Shown here one piece after another: positions 24,428 to 36,155 of a stretch of DNA of 44,792 bases (its first letter is position 1; every line of letters starts with the position of its first letter). The notes beneath the pieces were generated by a model. It searched no databases, was not told the DNA's origin, and saw only the letters and a program-made list of their open reading frames with translations. The position numbers and the translations under genes are program-made. Source of the DNA: Batkoa obscura (taxonomy: Eukaryota); the NCBI GenBank assembly GCA_030770535.1, contig JASVEC010000128.1:1-44792 (forward strand), given 5' to 3'.

Positions 24428-24525
24428 GGGAATGTATTTTTTTGTTTAAGAATTTTACTAACAAACTTTCCACTCAAATAATGCCTAAAAATGGAAAAAG
24501 TAGTGGAGTCAAAAAAAACATCCTC
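24428..24525 (+). mobile_element. ~99-bp MITE copy
   Basis: Consensus match; flanks ATAT/ATCT. Confidence 0.9.
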
Positions 24526-24854
24526 ATCTCGTAATTTTTTCCACTTCCCTGTCGATTGAACAATAAGAGGTGAACAATAATTAGTATTATATGCTGCTAC
24601 CTACAAAGATTCGATCGGGTTTACTTTGAGATATATTTAGAAACTTTTACTTGCTTTCTCATTCTTTTCTATTAGCAATATTAATCTTTCCAGACTATTA
24701 TACCCATGGATAATCTATAATTTCATAAATGTCAGTTTTGGGTTGCTAAACCAAAACTTAAGAATAATATTTCTATATAAGGAAATTTTCAAGAATAGTA
24801 TAAAAATAAATTCGAAATCACAAAAATAATATTAAATTCAATTCATTTTAAACA

Positions 24855-25809
24855 ATGTCAACTTCAACAATTCCAAAAGAATACCAAAGGGTCGTAATTG
24901 CTGGAGGAACTGGTGCAATAGGTCGTAGCATCACCGAGGAGCTTTTAAAAAATAAAGACATTAGAGTAAAAATCTTAACTCGAGCCTCAAGCGGAGAAGA
25001 TACCAAGAAAGAGCTAAAAGAAAAATATGTCCAAGCTGGTGGAGAGCTCGTAGAGATCGATTATAACTCTCAAAAAAGCCTCATGAAGGCGTTAGAGGGG
25101 ACTGACGTAGTAATATCAGCATTAAATACTCCAGATTTTGCAGTGGTAAATAACAATTTGATTGATGCTTCTGTCAAATCAAAGGTAAAGCTCTTTATCC
25201 CATCCGAATTTGGGGGCGATATAGAAGGGTAAATTTAAATTAATACACATAACGCAAATGATTAATTTAAATTATTTTAGAGTTGAAAACCCATTCATCT
25301 TCCCAAAACAGGCCGTTAGAAAGCACCTTGAAAGCTCTGGGCTTGACTATATCTATTACAATAATGGATTTTTTATTGAGCATTTGTTAGTAGATTTGTT
25401 TGGTATAGATATACGCAGCCATGAAGCTAGAATTATTGGCACTGGGGACACGAAGCTTACTGTTACTAGTATAAATGACGTTGGTAGGTTTGTTGCCCAA
25501 ACATATTTCTTGCCTGAAACTAGAAATCAGTTTGTTGATATTATTGGGGAGAATACTACCATAAATAAGATACTTAAAAATATTTCTGAGATTAGTGGTA
25601 AACCATTTAAGGTTGAAAAAATCCCAATTGAAGAAGCCAATAAAGTGATCAATGATAAAAATACTGATTCCTTTGCAGTAATTTCTTATTTGTTTGGAAG
25701 AGATATTGAGAACGGTGGTGAGTACCTCAAAGGGAATTCAAATCATATTTTACCAAATTTTAAGTTTTTGTCAGTCAAGGAGTACGTTAAACAAGCCTTT
25801 TTTAGTTAA
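24855..25809 (+). CDS. NmrA-like / isoflavone-reductase-family NAD(P)-binding protein
   Basis: GGTGAIG Rossmann motif, FIPSEFG, K..V, NGFF; intron 25229-25280 joins the two ORFs in frame. Confidence 0.92.
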
Positions 25810-25971
25810 ACGATGGCTAACTGCAAATAAAACTTCAAGGTTTAATGATATTTTTGTCTTTTGCTATCATAAAAAATAATATAACTTTTTAATCACAAAT
25901 TTTAACATGGGAACGCTTATTTTGTTTTGCTATTCTTACCATTTTTTATTCAGTGCAAAATTAAGAAGTAT

Positions 25972-26048
25972 TAGATATGTCTTTTTGGCTTCATTGTTTT
26001 ATCTACTTTTTTAAGTGTCATTGAGTGGAAAATACAGTAAAATTCATA
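25972..26048 (-). mobile_element. Truncated, diverged MITE copy
   Basis: TTTTTGGCTTCATTG...TTAAGTG...GAGTGGAAAA...AGTAAAATTC core. Confidence 0.7.
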
Positions 26049-26112
26049 TAAATATGTCTGTTAACAAAAACACTGAATCAAAAAATATACGACCATATGG
26101 GATTGTCCAAAT

Positions 26113-26211
26113 GGGGGTGTTTTTTTTGACTTCATTATTTTTTCCATTTTTTAAGCGATATTTAAGTGGAAAATTTGTTAGTAAAATTCTTAAACATAAA
26201 AATACATCCCC
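26113..26211 (-). mobile_element. ~99-bp MITE inserted in the transposon's left TIR
   Basis: Perfect AAAT TSD; removing it restores the TIR. Confidence 0.92.
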
Positions 26212-26414
26212 AAATTGCTTTTAGAATTTAGAAATTAATCCAAATTTTAAATTTTTAAATTTGTGTCTTCAATGTGATGGTTAAATCTAAAAAGTCCAAA
26301 ATTAAATATCTTTATTTAACTTATTTTAACTGTTTCCTTTTCTTAAATACTTAATTTTTCTAACTACATGCTTTATTTTATTTCTGTTAGATATATAATA
26401 AATATATAATATAT

Positions 26415-26513
26415 GGGGATGTATTTTTGTGTTTAAGAATTTGACTAACAAATTTTCCGCTTAAATGGCGCTTAAAAAATGGAAAAAATAATGAAGTCAA
26501 AAAAAACACTCTC
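26415..26513 (+). mobile_element. ~99-bp MITE copy (near consensus)
   Basis: GGGGATGT...ACACTCTC; ATAT TSD. Confidence 0.93.
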
Positions 26514-26584
26514 ATATAATTATATAATTATATAATTATATAAATAGAGTTATTAACTTTATTTTTTGTTGAAATAAAAATAAA

Positions 26585-28747
26585 ATGCAAACCTTCATAA
26601 CTAAACTTCGAAATGGGATTTTTGAAAATTTTAATATAATAGGGAGGAGTACACAATACAAACATTGTAATTCATTTACATCAATTTTAGGAGCTACTTA
26701 TAATAACCCAGGGTTTATGGAATTTTGTAATAAAACAGAACAAAGAAAAGATATATCATCAAAGTTTACTATCGATAATAATAAACTTAATCAAGCAATG
26801 TATAAAATTAGCGTTTTAAGGGAAACAGGAAATAAAAATTAACAAGCAGTGTTATTATCAGCTATAGCTTCAGTATATTCTTTTGATGAATGTAAAACTT
26901 TTGGGTTCAATATAAGTAGAAATTAATATGATTATTCAAAGATAAGTAATAATAAAACCTCAACATTACAACCCATTATTAAAAATACAAAAAAATTAGA
27001 GATGACTAAATTGAAACTATTACACAATATTTACTAAATAATTCAAATATTTCATCAAGATCTAATAAAAAAAATAACGATAGTAAATATTCATCAGATA
27101 GTGTATAAATAAAAATAGAAGAATGATATGCAGTAAATATTTTAATAATTTAAAAGATAAAGCAGTAACTAGGCCAACATTTTTTAAATATGTACCAAAT
27201 AATTTCAAAAATGCAGTAAGAAAAGCAGATTTATGTAATACGTGTGCTCAGTGTACAGTTGGGAAAAAGTTGTTTGAAAACAAAGTAAATACAGCAATAA
27301 AAAATAAAGCAGAGATAGAAGAAATTTCCAATAAAGAGTGAAAATTATACAAACTACATAAGTTCTGTGTTGATACTCAAAAAAATACATTTAATGAAAC
27401 TATTAAAAAATCGAACAATAAAAGTTGTATGATAATTTTAGATTTTAAACAAAATATGGAAATAGGAACAAGACCAGATTCAATAAATTTAGATCATTAT
27501 AATAAACAAGCTATATCAGTATTAGGTTTTGGTGTATTATATTTAAAAGATGATAAAACAATAGGCAAAGTTTACTTTGATTATTTATCTGAAATATTGA
27601 ATCATGGTTCAGCATATGCAGGAGATTGTTTAATCAATTTGATCTCCACAGAGCTTTTATTTAAAAGGTTTGCAAAAATTAATATATGGGCAGATAAACG
27701 AAACCATTTTAGATCCCAAGAGTTTCTACACTATATGTTTAAAGAAATTCATAAAATAAATAGTAGTTTAAATATCGATCTTGATTTTTTGCTGAGCATT
27801 ACGGAAAAAGTATAGTTGATGGACATTTTTGAAATCTTTCAAAATGGAAAAGTAGTTTTAAAGTATTAGGTAAAATAGAAGATATTAGTCAATTAATTTT
27901 GAGATTTGAGACTTTCATTTGCGAACATAATAAAATTAATAACTCGACTGTTAGTGATGGAAAAACAGATATAATTTTTAAAAAGTATGAAAGAAACAAA
28001 GATACAAAAAAGATAGTAGAGATGCAAGGTATTAAGAAGTATTTACGCTTTATTAGATACAACAATAAACTACATTGTGTGAAATATCGCTTTGTCAGTC
28101 CCATGGTTAATTATAGCATAATAATCGCCTAAGCTGTTGTGTTCTCGAGTTTGGAGAAAATCAATCTCACGTTTTTAGTTTGATTTGCTATGAGAATTTC
28201 TATCTTCGTCTCAAAGAATATTATCTTCTGGTTTTGATATTTGTACTTGTCAAAGTATAAAAGAGATTCTAAAATATGGTAGCTCGAGACTTTTTAACTG
28301 AACTATTCCCTGATATCTCCTACATTTAACAAAGCCACTAAGTTTTCTTAATAGTATTTTATGTAGATTTTACATTAGTGTTGTCCATTCTATTTGTTTC
28401 ACATAGTATTTAGCCTATTACGTGCTATTCTTTGTAACCTAAGTCTATCTTAGTCACATAAACTAAGACCTTTCGACTTATAGTGTAGTCAAACAAGCAA
28501 TAGTTGTTTTTGACTCCGAACACTGAGTACCAGATTTCACAATTGTTATCCAGTATCTGATACATCAAAAAAGAGTGATATAGTTCCAATTAAAGTTATA
28601 GAGTCTATAGAAAATATGAAAATTAAAAGATCAATCCCAGCTTACCTTACCAAAATAACAGAGAATTTGAAAATTTCGATATTTACTAAGCAAGTAAGTA
28701 GTTTGTTAATTGATAGAAATAGACTATTAAATGTTAGGATTGCTTAA
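26585..28747 (+). pseudogene. Sola2-like transposase pseudogene
   Basis: Fragments: LLSAIA..YSF...GFNIS; TFFKYVP...DLCNTC; catalytic-type motifs LDFKQN, WADKRNHFRS and FFAEHYGKSIVDGHF. The frame resumes (HCYPVSD...VRIA*) after removing the 28078-28541 insert plus TSD. Several stops and frameshifts. Confidence 0.82.
28078..28541 (-). mobile_element. ~464-bp solo-LTR-like element (copy 2)
   Basis: TGTGAAAT...ATTTCACA, perfect ATTG TSD; the empty site is visible in the sister copy at ~39328 (CATATTGTTATCC). Confidence 0.9.
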
Positions 28748-29686
28748 GTTATTAATAGCTAAGTTAATAGATAGCCAAAGAACAAGTAATTGTAATAATA
28801 TGTAAAATCTATTATTATATTACTTGTACTATGTAGGGATGGTTAATTATAGATTTGGGGCTAACCACTCCCTCCCATGCAGCTATTTATTAACTTAGCA
28901 ATATATTAATAATGTAATTATAACATTAAAATAGTTTATTTATTTGATAGCAAATCTGTAGTGTTGGTTATAAAGCAGTCAATAATAAATATTTCTCAAT
29001 AAAGTTTTATAAAAATACGTATTTAAGATCTAGTAGAAATCCAGCTAACTTACAGTATAAACTATAATAGAATCATTTAGAACTGTGTTCGGATACTTTT
29101 GTTTTAATAAAAAATTTGATTTTATAGAATTTTAAGCGAAGTTTTTGAATACAAAATATTTAAAAATTGGATAAATAATGAAACAATTCAGACAACCCCG
29201 TACGTTGTTTCAATTTTATTAAGTTTTAGTATATACTTTTTATAATCCTATTTCATTCATATTACTTGGCGCTTAATTTTATTGTTTTATTGAATCAATC
29301 TTGTGTTTTAATGATAAGCTAAATTTAGATACTTCTATTATTTCTTTAAAATTTGCTAATGACTTTGTAACTAAATTTAAATACTTTGATATATTTTTTA
29401 TAAAGTTATTGGATAGGCTTTTGAGATTCTTTGTTTATTCTTTATGGTTTTATTTTGTATTTCCAGTTTAGAAGATGGAGTTTACGTTAAATCTCACTTT
29501 ACATTATTACCTTCAATTTATTATTTTTACCTGGCTTATTTTTATTTTATTTTATTTATTTCTATAAACTACTCGAGAGCTTTGAAGTGTTCTGAAGGTC
29601 AATAAAATTAACTATTTTGGTTTTCATGAAGGCAAAAAAACAACCCCCCATGTATTTAAAATATTTCGATTTTAATTCAAAGCAAA

Positions 29687-29766
29687 TTCATTGCCTTTCC
29701 ATCTTTTGAGCATTATTTGAACCGAAAAATTATTAGCAAAATTATTAAACACAAAAATACATCCCC
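29687..29766 (-). mobile_element. Truncated MITE copy (another end-fragment at ~29627-29649)
   Basis: Ends ...AAACACAAAAATACATCCCC|ATAT. Confidence 0.8.
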
Positions 29767-30175
29767 ATATTCTTATACTCATTTAATTAATATATAATTT
29801 TGAAAATATAATGTTCTTTTAAAGTACTCGTTTGGCATAACTACTTCTATTAATATTATCGAGTTATACTTTTTATCTGTATCTACATGATATTGGTTTT
29901 AATGGGGTTGCTTTTGGTCTGTATTTTTTAAAGCAAAAAATAAAATAAAATAAAAAAGACTTTAAAAAGAATATTTTTTATTATGATTTACAACTATTTA
30001 GTGAGAAGCCATGAAAAGCTTATAAATTCTCAATTATTTTAGTCTTTAAGTTTTTTATTAATATGGTCCTTATTATTAGATGGGTTGTCACTCTCGTTAA
30101 TTACTTCAGAATTCAAAGGCCTTTTTATGACCTTATTTTTAATACTATCAACCTTTAACACTGGAAGAAATATAT

Positions 30176-30690
30176 TTATACCCCTTGAATTTGAAAAACA
30201 ATTGTGCGCCTCTTTAGCTGTTTTCTAGCATACAATAATAGTTCATTAAAGGTTTCTTCACTTAATTTATTTAATCTTACCATACTGAGAATTACTGGTT
30301 CAAAATAAACTAATTCTCTGCTAGTTCTATGTAATCTATAAAGGTGGTAAGAAGTTCTGGTATATTTTACTTGTGTACTCGCATCTACGATGGAAGAAAA
30401 TTTATAATACATTTTTTTATGTATTACATAATGAGAAGACCTCGGGTTAGAAGCTGCTTGTTTATTATATATTTTAGCAGTAATTTGTTTCAATTCAATC
30501 ATTTCAGCTCTCAATTTGAGGCTCGTAGCTAAGTCAAAAGGATTCAAACCTTGAATGAAGTTTAACAACTCTTCACTAATAACTTTTTGATAACATTCAT
30601 TATCATATTTTGAGTACACTTTGGCAGTTTCTTTAACTCTTACTTTCCTTTTATCGTTACTAATTTTGAAAATTCCTTTGGACCAGATAA
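30176..30690 (-). CDS. Hypothetical protein or gene fragment; no ATG start found
   Basis: About 170 open codons in very AT-rich DNA with protein-like composition; no domain recognised. Confidence 0.4.
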
Positions 30691-30799
30691 AAGTTTAACA
30701 GCTCTAGATATAGAGCTTGAAGCTTTTCTTACAAATATAATGTACGATTATTTGAATTTATATTCACTTTTATTAAAGTTAATTAGTTTAACAGTATTT

Positions 30800-30896
30800 G
30801 AGGATGTATTTTTGTGTTTAAGAATTTTACTAACAACTTTTCCACTCAAATAGTGCTTAAAAAACGGAAAAATAATGAAATCAAAAAAACAGCCCC
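30800..30896 (+). mobile_element. ~99-bp MITE copy
   Basis: GAGG...CCCC, perfect ATTT TSD. Confidence 0.92.
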
Positions 30897-30899
30897 ATT

Positions 30900-32200
30900 T
30901 GTTGTCCTTCCTCGATTTTTAGTCTTACTTTCATTTGGATTAATAGTTAATTTATTGACATTTGAAGTGCCATTTACAATTCATTTCACTTTACTATTTG
31001 TGTAAACATTCAATTTGTTGGCATCAACAGCACTATCTTCAATTTTAGTTTTCTTACAATCAGTTCTAATATCTAGCTTAATGGCACTATGAATATTGTT
31101 TTTATTTTTATTTTTGTCATTATATGTTGAAGCGTTTAGTTTATCAATATGATTAGGAATACCTTCATTTTTAATTTTTTCACCACTTGTATTAACATTT
31201 GGTTTATTCATATTATCAGTTTAAATTACATTTGTATTTGTATTTTTGATATAAACCACTCTATCAACTGATTCACTAACATTGATAATATTATTCATAG
31301 CTTCGTTCTCTTTCATAGTCGTATTAACTATGATTTTATCAATATTAACAGTACTATTTATACTTTTATTTCCTTTTTTATTTTCGTTATCATTGTCGTT
31401 TGGTCTGTTAGTATTTAAATTGATATTGATAACCATCTATTTTCTTTACTTATCTTGACAATTAGCTCCTTAATATTAATAGCGTTGATTATACTACAGT
31501 TGCTATTTTTTTTACTTTGATTTGCCTTAAAATTAAATCCTTCACTTTCCCTGTTTTTGCGAACGCTTTCAGAATAGCCTTGATTGTTTTCTTGCTCCAA
31601 TTCAATATTATTTTTAACAAATTTATTATCTTTTCAGTTTTATTTGCCTTCAATTGATATGAAAATTAGGTAAAGTTGTTGCTATTATTACCCCTGTCAT
31701 ATAGTTTGCCTATATTTTCATTTGAAAATGTACTATGTGTATTATTTACCATTTCATCATTTTATCATTTACAGATAGTTTATTTTTTATAGGTGTATAT
31801 TAGAAATGATACGACTACTAAGATTACTATTACTTTGTTCCTTACACATACTTAATAATATGCGTTGTATTTTATAATAAGTTCGCAAAGATTAATGTGT
31901 GTTTTTAATACCTGAAATTTAGTAACGCCATCATTGTTTAAACTATTTACTTTAATATATAGTGATCCGCGGGATATCTCACAGTTTTTGTTTTTATATG
32001 TATTATAAATCATTTTTGGAGTTTCCTCCTGCTCATAATATTCCTCAATAACAGTAATTGCTTCTTTTAATATTTCCTTTGGTGTTTCACATGGCTTTAT
32101 TTTAGAAAGAATTCTTAATTTGATTCCCTTGGTGCCATTTGTATCTTTTGCTAGATTGTTTGAATTGTTAATTTCTTCCATACTCGATATACTATTTCAG
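30900..32200 (-). mobile_element. Degenerate LINE ORF1 (gag-like) relic
   Basis: Broken Asn/Lys-rich ORFs. GIKLRILSKIKPCETPKEILKEAITVIEEYY is homologous to IKYKIIRKIHECSSPKDILEEVISAMKGCY at ~34500-34590. Confidence 0.5.
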
Positions 32201-32229
32201 TGAGCTACTGAACTTCCAAATTATACTGA

Positions 32230-34650
32230 TATTCTTTGTTATGACTATATCTTGTCTGGAAAAAATAACTGTTATTGTAGAGTTTGGTGGCTTACAAAGG
32301 AGGTTGATTCACAGGGTGAAATTAATCAATTGAATTTTAATTGTAAATTAGGAACTTGTTTATCTTCGGAATTATTAGCTTACTTCCAAAATTCATGGCT
32401 CATTCTTTAGCTTAAAATTGGCATGACTTTTATTATTTTTAGCTTGAAAAGCTTTGGTCATTATTAAAAGCAAATTTAAAGAATAATTTGTATTGACAAA
32501 GCACTTATTGAAACATTCTTAAACATTATGTGATTTTTTGTGTATGATATATGTCATTTACTGTTATTTTTCTCCAAAGCTTGTAGCTGCAGCTATTTAA
32601 ATAACTTTTATAGTCACCTACAAATTGTAGCATAAAAAACTGTTAGAAATAATGAATTAAATTAAATTGATAAATTGTTTCGAATAATTTTTTTGCTAAA
32701 AATTTTAATTGTTTAATAATACAGAATTTAAAAGCCTTTGTTTGGTTTAGTGTTTTGGCTTTTTACTAACAGAATCTTTATTAAGTGATGGATTTGTGTT
32801 ACAGCTTCAACCAATTTGGCACTCATAGTTATATAAATTGTAATGTTGTTAGCGTTATTAGTCTTCACTAATAGAAATGAAAAAACTAATTCTTTTGCAT
32901 CTGTAAAGAGTTTTAAACCTGGAAATCTATTTTGTTCTGCAATATTTGTTTTCAACATAAAGGGATGTATTTTTGTGTTTAAGGATTTTGCTAGTAATTT
33001 TTCCTCTCAAACAATGTTTAAAAGATGGAAAAAGTAATGAAGCCAAAAAAACACCCTCATAAGTCAATCTCATTATATTGTAAGATTGTCTATTCCTCTC
33101 AATAAATACATTTGATTATATTGCTTCTAAAAAAGATTAATATCCATAATTTTATATAATCAGTAAACAAAGCGAATATCAAAAATAGTCTGATTCTTCA
33201 TTTACTTTTATATTACAATAAATATAATCGAAAATTTTCAGACGTTGAGTGGGAACTAAGTAAAGGACTTAAAGTGATATGTTTAACTAAATATTTTCTA
33301 GAAGTGGTTGTTGAATAATTATAGATTTTGTAAAAATTCAGGTTCTTTAAATTGGGTGATTGGCTTTGAGTTAAAATCTAAAATGATAAAATTGTGGCAA
33401 ATTTCACATAGTAATTTTCGCCATTCACAAATTATTTATATCCATGACTGACCATTTTTTATTTTTCGGTCAGAATAAATTTCTTCTCATGGTATATAAG
33501 AGCATTTGGATTTTTAATACTATTGTATCTAAAGCTGAGAAATTAATATCATCCTTTTCAAACTCATTCTGTATTTCACTTTTATTAATAATTGATTTAT
33601 TAACATTAAGAGTACTATTTTCACTGGAAATTGATTTTTTAGTATTATCTGATTTATTTATGCTTTCATTTTGTCTTTTATTTACATATCTAACTGGTTT
33701 CCAAAGACCTGTAACTTTAGGATTATTCTCTCTCTTTTGATCATTGACATTAATAGTTAGTTTACCAAGATTAAATAGATTGTTTATATTCATATTCAGA
33801 TTATCATCTTCTATACTAATGGCCAGTTTATCGAAGTTGGTGACCTTAATTCTATTTTCATTTTTGTTCATATTGCTCTCAATAATTGATTTACTATTAT
33901 TGACAATACTATTCGTATTTTCAATCTTTGCTCTATTGATATAAGTGATTAGACTATTAAGATTAATTTCAACATTGATATTATCACGTCCCTCTGTACC
34001 TACATAGACAACAAACCTCTTAATGTTTATAGTAATACTATTTTGTAATTTTCAATTTTTTTCTTTTCGTATGCTGAGAAACATGAGCCGTCTTTTTACT
34101 TTTATATACATCACAAGTAGTTATACAGTTTTTGCTACTTCGTTGATTTGATCTAGTTTCACCTTTGTTATTTTTTGTTCTTCTGTTTCTTTTTGGTTTA
34201 AATTGAGATAGTACTGTAGCCTTAGTAAACGGAAGTGAAGATTTAGTGGCACAAAAATCAATATTAATTACATTATTGTTGTTCTAGTTTGTATTTCTAC
34301 CCAATAGTATGGTTTATATATGTTTTGCCACTTTCCCATTTTCCAATTATTGATTTCTTATAGCTGGAGGATTAGGAGCATCGATACGATATAAGTTCAT
34401 AGCATCATTATTCCTTACGACATGTGATGTTTTGGAAAGCGTCTCTTTGACATCATTTTCAAATATACTAAAAGTTCCTTCTATGGTCTATCCTTGCTTA
34501 TAACATCCTTTCATAGCGCTAATTACTTCCTCTAGTATATCCTTTGGTGAGCTACATTCATGTATTTTCCTGATGATTTTATATTTTATCTCTTTTAAAT
34601 CCTTTAGATTATTTCTCAAATCTGTTTTGGTATATAAGTTTTATTGTAGT
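32230..34650 (-). mobile_element. Degenerate non-LTR retrotransposon (ORF1 - AP endonuclease - RT remnants)
   Basis: In minus-strand order: ORF1-like region with a knuckle remnant (CDVYKSKKTAH), Asn-rich linker, IILDFN and FDYIYC...FTDY (APE GDFN/IDY/SDH-like), then NQTKAF and FAFNND (RT DxxKAF/AFADD-like). Confidence 0.5.
32961..33058 (+). mobile_element. ~99-bp MITE copy inside the LINE relic
   Basis: Perfect ATAA TSD. Confidence 0.9.
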
Positions 34651-36155
34651 ATTTAAATTGTTTTAACTTGTATTTCTTTATATAGTTTCTTATAGTTACA
34701 ACAAATCCTTTACATTTATTAACTGATCTTTTAATTTTAATCAATTAGTTGATTGGATATATCATATCAGTTATAAACTTATACATCTATTCTCTTTAAT
34801 ATCAATATGTTAAGTTTTATTTTTGTGATCTAAATAACTGTGATATGGTCTATTCAAAGAAAAAGCTTATATATCAGAATGTGCTATTTTAGCTTTTTAC
34901 TTTCTTAGTATTCTCTTACTACTCTGCTTTTACATCCTCTTCTCTCTTTGTATAAATGGATTACATTAGAGCTGATTGGATCTTTTGTAATTTAAGAAAA
35001 TCAAAACTACACAAAATCATAGGTATATATAAAATTAACTTTATTATAAAATTGAAACAATAGACCAACATACTAGAGTAGTTAATATATTGGTATATTA
35101 ATGCAACATCAAAAGCACTGGTGTAACTTTTTAAAAAGATTACATCTTTTTTGTAAAGCTTGAAAATTAATATTGCTCAACTTAAAGGATACGAAGTTCA
35201 TATTAAAGCTATAAGATAATTTAATCACAATCAAATACTTATAAATATTATAAAAAATTCTTTGGTAAAAAAAACAGGACTTCTATAGATGAGATAGGAA
35301 TATTTATTAGAATCCCACTTTCCATCCTTCAATTTTATTCAATATAATATTTACATTAGTAAGGTACCTTTAATCCATGCAGGCCTAAAGAATTTTTAAA
35401 TAATCATCAGTCAAATTCTTTCAAACTATGAGAGTTCTCAATCCGTTGATAGCAATCATTCTGCTTAAACACTATTTTTATAGATCAAATTATAGCGTAT
35501 AGCATGAGTATACTTTGTAATAAATCTATATCAGAGACACGTAACATTCATTCTACTAATTAATCTTCAGTAGCTTTTAGGATGTTGCATAGATTAAATC
35601 AGTGATTGATTATGGTTGTTATTTGATATTATAAAAAATCAAAACTAATGAATCATTAGTTTTTTCCATTTACAATTTTTTTCGAAGCTTGTTTAACTTA
35701 TTTTTTACTCTAGTGGGTTTTATTGATTAGCCCTTAAATAATTACATTTAAAATATTTAAAATATTCAAAATTTATTTTAATAGCTTAGTTCAAATAATA
35801 AAATCCGTCGTTAAAATTTTGCCTTCTGTTGATTTGTTTTTGACAATCAAAAGATCATATAGGTGGTTGTTAGCCTCATTTGGTATTTCGCATACAAGTA
35901 AGAATATTAAGCAAGGGATATAAGGTGGAAAATTCAAACTGGGAATACGTTATATCATTGGTTTGATATATTCAACTCTTCTAAACTATCTAAATTTGCG
36001 TAATTAGGGATAACCTTATAACATGACCTGCATTAACTACAAAGTAAAGTGGAACTAATCTTATAGTTTAATAGAAATTATAATTTTTGACTAAAAGTAT
36101 AAATAGAATCAATAAAAATAAATTGACACTTTAAATATTCGACAAAAACAATAAA

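Larger units (their letters stand above)
26099..29199 (+). mobile_element. Sola2-like DDD DNA transposon, near full length but inactivated
   Basis: Left end GGGATTGTCCAAAT[MITE]TGCTTT vs right end reverse complement GGGGTTGTCTGAATTGTTTC (15/20 identical); flanks ATAT/GTAC; contains a transposase pseudogene, two MITEs and a TG...CA insertion. Confidence 0.8.

Noticed and set aside
28740..29090. Alternative genetic code (TAA/TAG = Gln) for the second ORF
   Set aside because: Host genes and the transposase end in TAA/TAG, and C->T decay of CAA/CAG explains the pattern more simply.
28750..29199. Fanzor/TnpB-like nuclease or guide RNA at the transposon 3' end
   Set aside because: No RuvC (D..E..D) or CxxC zinc-finger motifs visible in any frame.
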